Origin: Macrostomum lignano
Lineage: Eukaryota
Reading direction: 5' to 3'
DNA: 64,000 bases
Assembly: GCA_002269645.1 (NCBI GenBank)
Contig: NIVC01000237.1
Span: forward strand, 62,001 to 126,000
This document shows, one piece after another, positions 1-10,731 of the stretch. The number at the start of each line of letters is the position of its first letter. Position 1 is the first letter of the stretch. The position numbers and the translations under genes are program-made. The notes under the pieces are model-generated. The model searched no databases. It was not told the origin of the DNA and saw only the letters and a program-made list of their open reading frames with translations.

Positions 1-632
1 GATGATTGTTAGGATTTACTATAAACATAGGTAAACAATCATAGCCTATAATGGGAACTATTAATTCAAAAGGACTTATGATCTAACTTGATAATTAAGA
101 GATATAAACTATACAATGGTTAATAAAGTTGAGTTACTTATACCTTATATATGCGCAATCTGAAATTATACCAGCTATATAATTTAGTTTTGACTTGAAA
201 AAATTCCACTTAGTTTAAAGACCAAGTAAGACCTCAAACAAAATAAAGTTTCAATTTATAGTAGCTTTTTTGTCAAAAAGGCAAAAAATCTTAAATAGCA
301 GTTGCTTAATATGTATTATAATATAATAGGAAATACTATCTCCTAGAAGACTTTAGTTAATTAACTAAGAGAAGAAATTACAAAGAAAACTATGCAGGTT
401 TTAAAGGCCTAATATATCTGTACTATAGTCTAGATAATTATAGGCGTAGACAAATATAAAAAATTCTAGTTTTTTATTCTACTTGAAAATAATTACACTG
501 AAAACAAGGTTGCTTATATGCCAACTTAAATAATACATAGATTATTGCATCCTTTGATTTTGGACAAACATTGCCATCTACTAGCAAGCTATAATGCCTT
601 TTATATCATATATATTTTAAAAAGCAAATAAA

Positions 633-998
633 GGGGGGCCATAGCCCAGCGGTAGCGCAGCTGCTCTGGTGTGCCAGCGACCCAGGCTCGATTCCAAGTG
701 CAGCCACATTAATTTGGGGCTGGATTGGAATCTAGGCTTGGCTCGCTTGTGCAATTAACGGCCTTGTCGAGAGCCAACCCCCCAAGGCGCAGTGAAGTGT
801 ACATGCCTAACAATTGATAAAGTTAGGGCCACTGTACACTCCTGTGTGAGTGTGTGCCTGCGTAACGTTTCCGCGCGCTTGTATGCCTGCTCAGGGGAGT
901 CAGCGGAATAGGCAGTAATGCCTCTCACTGGTTGTGTGCCAATGACGCTTAAATTGTGCCAGGGTGCACACAACCCCCCTGCCTTTAATAAAAATAAA
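633..998 (+). mobile_element. Full-length tRNA-derived SINE with target-site duplication
   Basis: A-box TAGCCCAGCGG, B-box-like GGCTCGATTCC, A-rich tail with AATAAA, and a 12-bp direct repeat AAAAGCAAATAA at 620-631 and 999-1010. The body recurs at about 40995-41212. Confidence 0.8.
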
Positions 999-2713
999 AA
1001 AAGCAAATAATTATAATATTTATTATCTAACATTGAATTTATCTATTAAGTAAGCTCATGAAAATTGCTAAAATAATACTTTTGATACAAAATTAATAGG
1101 CCTGAAAGTATAAAAATGATAGGCCTTAGACTCTAAGGCTAATCACAAATGCTTAGGATAGCCTAATAATAATTGTTGGTAAGGCCTAGATTCTATAAAG
1201 CTAAAAACAATTAAATTAACAATTAACAATTATGCACAAAGCCTAAAAATGAAAACAATTATATTTTACTACATTAACTTTCTTATTATATCTAACTGAA
1301 ATTAATCTACTAGGTCCTATATTTAAAATATTTTACGAAATTATGCTACTATTTTGGCAGATAGAGAGTAAAGACCCATCCATCCTGCAATGATCTAACA
1401 TCAACATGATCTCCAGTGTATTATGATAATATGAATTGAAGTTCAAAAAACTTTTTAAATTTAATTTAACCCTCAAAAATTGGGCCACGATAATAGAAAA
1501 TTCTCCATAAAATACATGGAAAAAATTATTGTAAGAGGGGATCCATTGGTCATTGGACCCCAAAATTTTGTTTGAGGGTTAAACCTGTAAATTGTAATTT
1601 AAAAAAGGACTACCAAATGGTTTTTAAATAGATTGGATCCCTTGCTTAGGAATTCATAATTTCTAATTAGGGGCCTACTGTGAGGTTAGTCAATTATAAT
1701 GCTTTGGACAAAAACGATGAGCAAATGCGGAGAGTTTATATAAATTTCTTTTTGATACAACACAACACAATCAGTGGATATGCTTTATGAGTAAGCCCTG
1801 CTGCCAAGATGTGATATAATTTACTTATTTATTTTCAATCAATTACATTAGTAGAAAAAATACAAGATAGAAAAATTTCACGAGAAAACTACCTTTGAGT
1901 CGACAGTCACGTCTGGAAATCGGATGCTGGCGGAAACGAGTGGGCCCGACTTATTCTAAATTGGCGCCCACGCTCTGACTCAGAAATAGTTACAAAAATA
2001 TTTATAAAAGTAAAAATTTAAAATGAATGCAAATATCGCAGTAGTTCTCGCATACATGTATCTATCTTTACAATATGTTATAACGTCTATATCAACTAGA
2101 TTTGTTAAACATCATCCTTTCTGTCACAAAAAGTCAAATTCACCACTTTGCAAGAAATTTTGCGAATAAGATTGGTATCTAGTATCCACTTCTACTACTA
2201 GATGGTAAACTTTGAAACCTTTAAGCGTATAATAAAGCTTAAGACCAGTTTAACTTTTGTCCATCAACCTATATTACTTCTTACTTAGTTTTTGTCTCCT
2301 GCTTACGCTGCTGCTGTCTTGTAATATAGCTGTCTATATCACTATTATAAATATATCGTTTTTTCCTTTTGTGAATTTTAGGACTATTTAATATGTATTA
2401 TAATACTTCTAGTGTCTACTTGTAACTTGATAATTCCCTACGTTCATAACCCTTTTTAAGCTTTTTTGCTTTAAAGCTGGATTCTATTTATTTTTAAATC
2501 TGAATTTCTATCACTTCATTTTGTCTTTTTTGAAGTTAAATGATATATTTGGGTTCATAGGCATAAGTTATAAATTCTATTGATATAAACAGCGTGTATG
2601 CTGAATGTTTCTCAACTTATATCCCTTGAAATTTATACAGAAGATAAATATTCATCACCATATACACTAATTTTACTATTGCAGCAGTCAGCACCCTAGA
2701 AAGCACAATTGGC

Positions 2714-3951
2714 ATGTCAAAAATTGAAGAGGAGGATGACTTTATGTCAGACAGTTTCCTAGCCCAACTATCTGATGTGCGACCAGGCTTGAATTCAGCC
2801 GCACGAAGATCGGCGCAGCCTCCAGCTTCATCAAAGTCGCAGTCTACTAGCAGTGGCAAGTGGGATCGTGCTGCCAAGCAACAAGAAAAGAAGGCAAAGC
2901 AGGCAGAAGCTCTGCAAACAGCCTTGGCAACGCCTTTGCTTACTGAAGCCAGTCCAGGTTCAGACACACTGACAGCTGCCCGCTCCATGATGCTGCGTAT
3001 GGGCTACCAGCCTGGCCGGGGGCTCGGCCGAGCAGAGCAGGGGCGCCTGGAGCCAGTGTCGCTGAGTCTTAAAGCTGACAGGTCAGTTTTCCATAGAGTT
3101 GCTTAATGACAATAGAGATTAGTAATGCTGTATGAACACGAAACTGACGATTTAGGTTCAGAATAATCATGTGATAGTAGAAGCTACGCTAGATTAGCTA
3201 TTTCTGACAGAATAACTGCTTGTGACTAATGAGAATCGTTTGTGACTGTTGAGAATCGTTTTTGACTGTTGAAAATCGCTTGTGACTGATGAAAATTGCT
3301 TGTGACTGATGAGAATCGCTTGTGACTGATGAGAATCGCTTTTGACTGATGGTAATCGCTTGTGACTGATGAAAATTGCTTGTGACTGATGAGAATCGCT
3401 TGTGACTGATAAGAATCGCCTGTGTCAATCAGATATGGAACTAGAACTAGCAATTCAATTTGCACCCCACCAGATCCGGCCTGGGCCACCTGGCCCCTCA
3501 ACAAGCCGCCAGCCGGAAACGGGCCGCCGCAGCCGCCGCGGCAGCCAACGCCGAAGCGGAAGTTGCTGCAAGTGCCGCCGATTTTCGTCTGCGAATGAGC
3601 GCCAAATTTGCTCGCGCCGATGTTGGCGCTGATTTGGCGCGAGCGCAACGCGCCTGCCGTCGATTGGACACGGAGGCGGCCAATGAGGCTGAAGAGATCA
3701 GTCCGCCGCCTGCTGCTTGGTTCTGGCCGCCGGAACTACCAGACGAGGGAGCAGCTCTAGAAGAGAGTGCCGATGATGCTGATGAACAGCAAGACGCTGA
3801 GGAGCCGAGCCCTGAGGAGCAGCTCAGGCTGGTGGTGGATCGGCTGCGCCGCCTGTACAGCTACTGCCTGTGGTGCGGTCACAGGTTCGATTCACCAGCC
3901 AGCTTGCTGTCCGACTGTCCGGGGCCTGAGCGGGCTGATCACGACTCCTGA
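2714..3951 (+). CDS. GPATCH11: G-patch domain protein 11 (CCDC75)-like, 2 exons, 281 aa
   Basis: Exons 2714-3081 and 3474-3951; the phase-2 GT-AG intron rebuilds the G-patch end (MMLRMGYQPGRGLGRAEQGRLEPV...KADR|SGLGH). The N-terminus EEEDDFMSDSFL..DVRPGL and C-terminus YCLWCG..F.....L..DCPGPERADHD match the GPATCH11 family pattern. Confidence 0.9.
3219..3424. repeat. 20-bp minisatellite (TGTGACTGATGAGAATCGCT) in the GPATCH11 intron
   Basis: About 10 tandem copies read directly from the sequence. Confidence 0.95.
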
Positions 3952-3979
3952 ATGTGGCCACCGGCAACCCTGCAAAGTT

Positions 3980-4270
3980 GTGCTCATCGGATGCTCCGGT
4001 GTGCTCATCGGATGCTCCGGTGTGCTCACCGCTAGCTCCAGTGTGCTCGCCACCAGCTCCGGTGTGCTCACCGCCAGCTCCCGTGTGCTCACCGCCAGCT
4101 CCGGTGTGCTCATCGGTTGCTCCGGTGTGCTCATCGGTTGCTCCGGTGGGCTCATCGGTTGCTCCGGTGTGCTCACCGCCAGCTCCGGTGGGCTCATCGG
4201 TTGCTCCGGTGTGCTCACCGCCAGCTCCCGTGTGCTCACCGCCAGCTCCGGTGTGCTCACCGCCAGCTCA
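3980..4270. repeat. 21-bp minisatellite (GTGCTCATCGGATGCTCCGGT variants) in the probable GPATCH11 3' UTR
   Basis: Tandem copies begin about 30 nt after the stop codon; AATAAA lies near 4342. Confidence 0.9.
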
Positions 4271-4799
4271 TCAGCACATAAAAAACCAAACATTCTAACT
4301 TAAGTGTTTTAAGCAAAAAGCATTTATTTAGGTCTAAAATAATAAAATTCTTGTATAGTTCTACCCGCATTTGTAAATATATTTTGACTCTGGCTTTCTG
4401 TGCTGTATGCTGTCACGCTCGGTTATTGATAAGTTTGAACAGAATTTACTAGCGTTAATAATTTCTTTACAAGAATATAGTATCAATAGCTGTACGATAC
4501 TACTCACAACTGTGGTAAAAAGTATTGCGTATAAATACATGTACATGTAAATTGGATAATTAGTGAAATAGTAACAAATATTAAAGAAAATAAAAACCTA
4601 TCCAGGAGTTACAATACTGCTGCAAATACTACTACTTGACGAGAAACAAGTCGAGTCGAATTCTAAGCACTATACATGTATTTGGTTCTAGCAAATTCCC
4701 GCACCAGTTGGTCGAGCATTTAATCGTGCAAGAACTTTAAGGCGCAGAAAGTTACACTACAAAGACATCCAGATGGCATCAAGGACAATTGAATATAAG

Positions 4800-5065
4800 G
4801 AGACCTGATTGGGGCGTATACTGAAAAGGGCAAAAGTTGTTGTAGAGCGATTCATACAGACACGAGAGCCAACCCTAAAGACAGAAAGTGTACACGCTTG
4901 CATGAAGACTCACGCTTGTGCTCAGGATTCAGCGCTAGGAATGGTATGCCAGGAGGCTAATAATTGCAAATTTACTTGAAGCTCGTAGCGCACATGCTCT
5001 GCCAGTTGCTGCCTAGATTTGGCATACCTGTAGTTCCTCTCAGGGACGTCCGGCTATGGATTTTA
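4800..5065 (+). mobile_element. Possible SINE-like fragment
   Basis: The motif GAGCCAACCC...AAGTGTACAC/TGC is shared with the SINE body at about 770-805. No head or TSD is visible. Confidence 0.3.
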
Positions 5066-5529
5066 TGGTGGGCGGACAAAGCCATGATTTCTGCATGTAC
5101 ATGGTACATGACTAAATTCCTACATGTACATTGTCAGAATCGGTGTTGTCAGCGCTCATTTTTAGCGCCGCAGGCACCATTTTTGTCGCCCTGAAGCAAA
5201 ATTATTGATTTCCATAACAGGTCAACAAAGGTGGGGTTGGGGGGACAAAGCATTGGCATGTCCCCCCATAGATTTTACTGGGGGGGACATGGCCCCCCCG
5301 CCGATGGCGACGCCCCTGGTTCCTCTGTTATGCAGTGTAAGTTTCTCTTCATCACTGTGCCGCTTGAAAGATAACCAACTACATGAATGTACACTTCAGG
5401 TACTTTGGTATGTGCGCTCAACTGTAATATAGCTATTGCTACAGATAACCAGTACTACAAATATTTCTATTCATGGTGCATATGGCGATAACCATATTAG
5501 AAATAAGAAAATAAGAATCAACATCAGTT

Positions 5530-6110
5530 AATTAAGTGTTTCGATTACGACACGTTTCGCACTCCGAGGTGCATCGTCAGGTCCACTGGTAACGGAGAAA
5601 ACGATCGAACGAGGTTTAATACGAGCTATTAAATTATAATGCAATGAGGGTACAACAAATCAATGGTATTGGTTTAGATAAGCAGGTTTAAGCAATTGGG
5701 GTTGGCTTGCGTTATTGAATGTACATTTAGCACGCAACATCGATATATGAATCCTACAGTCGCGAGTGCAATAGTGCACACTCTCAGAAAATACGGAGGA
5801 CAAGTCGCTTCAAACTCACTATACATTGAAGCTCTCCACATCAAAGCCCAACCACCTATAGCCTCAACAACCTATGCAACTCCTGCACAGTGGCGTGGGT
5901 CATGTCCTCAGTATTTTCTGAGTGTGCACTATTGCACTCGCGACTGTACATTCAATAACGCAAGCCAACCCCAACCGCTTAAACCTGCCCATCCAAACCA
6001 ATACCATTGATTTGCTGTACCCTCATTGCATTATGATTTAATATCAAACCTCGTTCGATCGTTTCTTCCGTTACCAACGAACCTGACAATGCACCTTGAA
6101 CAGCAAAAAC
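5530..6110 (+). mobile_element. 5'-truncated Penelope-like element: inverted pseudo-LTR, endonuclease C-terminal remnant, pseudo-LTR
   Basis: Inverted arms at about 5570-5790 and 5910-6095 flank SLYIEALHIKAQPPI, which resembles the end of the PLE GIY-YIG domain. Both arms end in a hammerhead-type motif. Confidence 0.7.
5545..5586 (-). ncRNA. Minimal type I hammerhead ribozyme motif of the PLE pseudo-LTR
   Basis: Minus strand reads GAC-CUGACGA-U-GCAC-CUCGGA-GUGC-GAAAC-GU-GUC-GU: catalytic core, 4-bp stem II, palindromic ACGU stem III and a GUC cleavage triplet. Stem I is only 2 bp. Confidence 0.6.
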
Positions 6111-6267
6111 TTATATAAAATCAAACTTGGTCCCTAAGAACGTCTAACGAGGGGTCGGTTTTTGAGAGGAGAATGCACGCAGTACGTACACAAGATAAAG
6201 ATTCTGACGTGTCTAACACCCATTAGTTTGATTAGTATCTGAAATGCCCAAATCCCAAATTAATCAA

Positions 6268-6730
6268 TCAATTCGCGCTGATTGCAGCGGCAGGACTGGA
6301 GCCGGCCTCCGCTGGCAGCACCATGTCGGCCACCGTGTCGCCAACAGCGCCGCCTAAGAACTTTGCGATCGGTTCAACAGCGCTTCTTCCCGGGCCGCTG
6401 CCGACTGCCAGGTGAAGCATCGTCGAGGTGGCCAGCACGACAGCTTGACGAATCAGGGCGCGCCAGAGTCGGCGGCTGAACACCAGCGCGCTGATTCGCC
6501 GATCAATCAGGTCGGCGAGGCTCTGGCGCAGCTTCAGCACGGCGGTCAGCGAGTCGGCAGCGGCCAATTTGACGAATGTGTCAGTCGCGGCTGCGGCTTT
6601 GGTGCGCAGAGCCAGCAGGTGCTGGCCGAGTCTGTAGCACAGCTGGCGGATCTGCTCTACCTGTGGGGGGTCGTTGGAATGGTATGATGTTTCAAAAGCG
6701 GCGCTAATACTACTACTGGTTACACTACAG

Positions 6731-6777
<47 letters not shown>

Positions 6778-6792
6778 GGTTACTACTACTAG

Positions 6793-6823
<31 letters not shown>

Positions 6824-9185
6824 GGTTACTACTACTAGTACTACTAATACTACTACTACTACTACTGCTACTACTACTACAAAACACAGTATGAATTCGC
6901 ACACCTGCAGACTCCGAGCCTCTCCCGACTTGGACCAAACTGCCAGGTGTTCGCAGTTCTCGCCAATCAGATGATAATTGGCTTGCTTTGCCTGTGACCT
7001 GGCGCGCCAGACTACTTGCTCTGGAGAAAAGCAGTCCAGGCTGTGGTAGACCAGGCGGTGGGTCTCGGGCTCCTTAGCCAGGTCCATCCGGTCCTCCCGC
7101 ACAACGCCTTTGCTGCGGCCAATTCGGAGCCACTGCAGCCAAGACTGCCAGGTGTCGCTGCGGGCCTCTGTGTAGTTCGAATAATGCAACACCTGATAGG
7201 ACTTGCCCTCTAGGTCAACCGAGGTCACAATTCCATGGTGCCAATAGACGCCACCCTGTCTCGGATAGCACACGTGATCGCCTGGCGACAGCTGGTCGAC
7301 GCTGGTTATTCGCTGGCGCTCGTGCGGCAGGCCGGCTTCGCCTGTGGAGTAGCGAGGTGCAACGACACGGCGCAGCTCCGCCAGGGTGGCCGGGCCCCGC
7401 GCCTGGCTGCTGACGTAGAGCGGAATGGCCAACTGGCAGCTGGTGGGGTGGAGCGGAGGGGTGGGAGCATACATGCGCAACAGTCGGCCGAGTCGGCCGA
7501 TCCGGCCGACCGATTTGGCGGCCAACCAAGGAAGTCGCAAAAATGCCGACCCGAAAAAAACCTAGTAGTACTAAGTAGCTGACGAGGCATTTTGGCTTTA
7601 TAAGACAGTCATAGTTACTTCTGCCGTTTACCCAGAGTTGCGTTAATTTTGCTTTCGGGTTTTTTTACATGTAAGTCGCATTTTTGGCCAAAAACTACGT
7701 CGCATTTTTGTTAAAACTAAGTCGCACGGCCGACCAAAATTTGGAGGTTGCGCATGTGTGGGTGGGAGACTATTAAAGTAAATAATACATGATGTTGTGT
7801 AGCGATGCTGAGGATCTGGAAGGGTGGCGGCCCCAGCACAACTCTGGGGATCTGCAGTGAGGGTGGCGGCCCCAGCACAACTCTGGGGATCTGCAGTGAG
7901 GGTGGCGGCCCCAGCACAACTCTGGGGATCTGCAGTGAGGGTGGCGGCCCCAGCACAACTCTGGGGATCTGCAGTGAGGGTGGCGGCCCCAGCACAACTC
8001 TGGGGATCTGCAGTGAGGGTGGCGGCCCCAGCACAACTCTGGGGATCTGCAGTGAGGGTGGCGGCCCCAGCACAACTCTGGGGATCTGCAGTGAGGGTGG
8101 CGGCCCCAGCACAACTCTGGGGATCTGCAGTGAGGGTGGCGGCCCCAGCACAACTCTGGGGATCTGCAGTGAGGGTGGCGGCCCCAGCACAACTCTGGGG
8201 ATCTGCAGTGAGGGTGGCGGCCCCAGCACAACTCTGGGGATCTGCGTCGCGCGCGGCCCAGTGGCAAGATACGAAAAGGTGGCAACCCAATCCGTGCCAG
8301 CGGGGAAACAGAGAACAAAACAGCTGATTAAAGTTTAAGAAATTGAGCCGTCAATATCACAAAAATGAAGCCTTACCCAGTACAGAACAGCGATTCATAA
8401 TGACTGTCAGCTTCAGCTGCAGCCAGCGCCGGTGATGCTTTAGCAGCTGACACCGAGTTGCCGCCTCGCCGATGATCAACAGGATGCAGCCGGTCGAAGC
8501 TGGCGCCTGGGCAGCGATCGCACAGATAGGGCGCCACAATGCTGTCCAGGCTGGTGTCTATGGCCTCGGCGTCGCCTTGACAACCATTTTGAGCAGCCCC
8601 GGTCGCCGCTGGCGATGAAGTCTCGTCAAGGAGAGCAAAGACGGCTTCACAAGCTGAGCAGGCGGCCATCAGCTTCAGGGCAGACGCGGAGGCTTCAACT
8701 AACGGCTGCTGGGGGCCGGCCAGTTCTAGCGAGAATTTCAGCCTGCCAGTGCAGCACTGGGGACACTGGAAATCAGCAGCGGGGCTGGCGTCCGCCACGG
8801 ATTCTAACTGGGCCATCTGGTGATCCAGCAGATTAAAGAAATTCTCAATTCGATCTGTGGGTACGGCCGAATCGCAGAGCAAGCAGAGAGTTAATCTGTT
8901 CCCAGGCTGCAAATTTAAGCGCCTGAAAGAGCCCGGCAACTCGTGGTTGCACATGGGACAGTAGGCGTAGCCCTCCCTCTCAGCCACTGGGAACTCGCAG
9001 CACTTGCACACTCGAACAAATGTATTAGCGATGGAGTCTCTAGCAGGGTTAAAGCGTTCGATTTTGACGAATTTTTCTGGATCCAGATTGCCGCACAGGC
9101 AGATGAAGTAGCGCTGAGATGCTGGCCTCAGGGACTGGTGAGGATGGGATAGCAATGTAGCCGAGTCGCTGACACTTCGATGCAT
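6268..9185 (-). CDS. Multi-zinc-ribbon plus LRAT (H-box/NC, permuted NlpC/P60) domain protein, 3 exons, 578 aa
   Basis: Exons 9185-8377, 7439-6905 and 6660-6268 (1737 nt) with phase-matched GT-AG introns (GG|GTAAGG...CCACCAG|C; CAG|GTGTGC...CCACAG|GTA). LRAT motifs PGDH..YWHHGI..VLHY..RARS..Y.L..ENCEH..G.ARSLQV are intact. Confidence 0.85.
6708..6882. repeat. (TAC)n microsatellite in intron 2 of the LRAT gene
   Basis: Read directly from the sequence. Confidence 0.95.
7472..7756. mobile_element. MITE with 10-bp TIR CATGCGCAAC, in intron 1 of the LRAT gene
   Basis: Perfect terminal inverted repeats with TA on the left and TG on the right; homologous in inverted orientation to 17880-18127. Confidence 0.8.
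7822..8246. repeat. 39-bp minisatellite, 11 near-identical copies
   Basis: Unit GGGTGGCGGCCCCAGCACAACTCTGGGGATCTGCAGTGA; it lies inside LRAT intron 1. Confidence 0.95.
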
Positions 9186-10139
9186 TGAGCTTAAACAGAA
9201 CTGGAGTGAAATTAGGATACAACTCTTTTATTCCTGTCTTCTTCTAACTTCTAATTTTGGCAGATTGAATCTGGACCCCAGATACCATATTCGAACCCTG
9301 TTTTCCTAGCTGGATGCAATAAGTGGCTACCCAATTAAAGTTACCCTTTTAAAGTTGTGAAAGTCAATATACCTTTAGCTAAGTGCTAACAGAAGGCTAT
9401 CTGGCTAGCTAAGTGTGTCCAACCCTAGCTAGACAGGCTAAAAGCAGTTGAGACACACTTGTATTGGTAGGCTACCACAATGGTAATCAAGACTGACTTT
9501 ATGAACATACTATCATACTGCCTACAATAATAAAATTACATGACATTGAGTATAACAATTGATGTAAATAACAATTCTATAACATTTAGTAATTGTAAAT
9601 GCTTATAATATTTAAAAGAACAACTTATATCACATATAAAACATTGTAATCTTACTTAATTTGTTCTTTTAGTATATAAATTCTTAAAAATTCATAACTT
9701 AGCATACTAGTATATATTACAAAATTAATTTTTGTTTTTGATATAATATAGCATTTTGCAAGCTAAAAGACTATAAGCAAGCAATTTAATCCAAGATAGC
9801 AAAAACACATGTATTTTGAGCCTCACTGCCAGTTGTCTATGGTAAAACGTGTGTCAAACTGGCAGGCAATTTAATCCTTGGAGCACTTATTTAAGCACTA
9901 TCTTACTTGGCATTTTTATATATTTCATACATGCCTCCAACCAAACCAACCAGGAAGCTTAGTATGAAAAAGTTAGGATGTAGAACAAGGTTTAGCAAGA
10001 AAAAGTTCACTTAATGAAACCTGCATATAAAGAAACACATGATAGAAAGTTTTGAATGTATATTTAGACTTCAGTAAGTTATATAATCACTTCCCCAGCA
10101 ATACAGCCTGTGTGAATTCTTGCCTACATGCTAAATTGA

Positions 10140-10731
10140 CCCTATAGAAAAAAGTTGTGAAACTGCGGACGGTGTCCGGCGCACTTTTGAAATTTTTCTA
10201 AAGCGCAGCGTGCGCACAGGCGCAGCGCCTGCGCGCGCTACCCTTTCTTACTGGCTGCTGCTCTAGCAAATACATATACATGGAAATGGGTATAATACCT
10301 CTGTTGAAGGGGCTTATACACTCGTAATTTATTAAGCTTAGAGATGTTCCAAAAATTCAATTTCAATTTTCCAAAATTTGAAATTTTTTAGAGCGAATTT
10401 CAATTTCGAAATAAAATTTAGAAGTGAAAATTTTGGTAGTGTCTAAAAAGTCGCTAAAAATAAACTACTTTCTACTACATATACATGTATTACTTTTTGC
10501 TTAAGCAGTAAATTGAAAGTAAAAAAGTGAGTGTTGATCATACTAAACTTTGTTTTTCTGAATTATGATTTCGGGAAATTTCAATTTTGATTTTGGAAAG
10601 TTAGCGAATTTTGATTTCGACGAAACTGCAGATCTTTTGGAACATCTCTAATAATCCTAAAGCGCGGTAAAATAGTTTGACTCTTTTCTAAAGCACGCGT
10701 CCGCGGGTTTTTAACATTTATTCCAATAGGG
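10140..10731. mobile_element. Non-autonomous DNA element nested in the MULE
   Basis: Imperfect about 32-bp TIRs (CCCTAT...GCGGACG) and an exact 8-bp TSD TAAATTGA at 10132-10139 and 10732-10739. Confidence 0.7.
10339..10650. mobile_element. Innermost MITE with 16-bp TIR TAGAGATGTTCCAAAA
   Basis: Perfect inverted repeats at 10339-10354 and 10635-10650. The TSD is either TA or a degenerate 8-mer. Confidence 0.7.

Noticed and set aside
633-710. tRNA-like heads here and at about 22245-22316
   Set aside because: They are SINE heads fused to bodies and tails, and no convincing cloverleaf was seen.
3219-3424. CTGATGA in each 20-mer as a possible hammerhead array
   Set aside because: There is no stem II or correctly placed GAAA and cleavage triplet.
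7643-8338. ORFs in five frames across the 39-bp array
   Set aside because: The array lies inside the phase-matched LRAT intron, and being open in many frames argues against coding.
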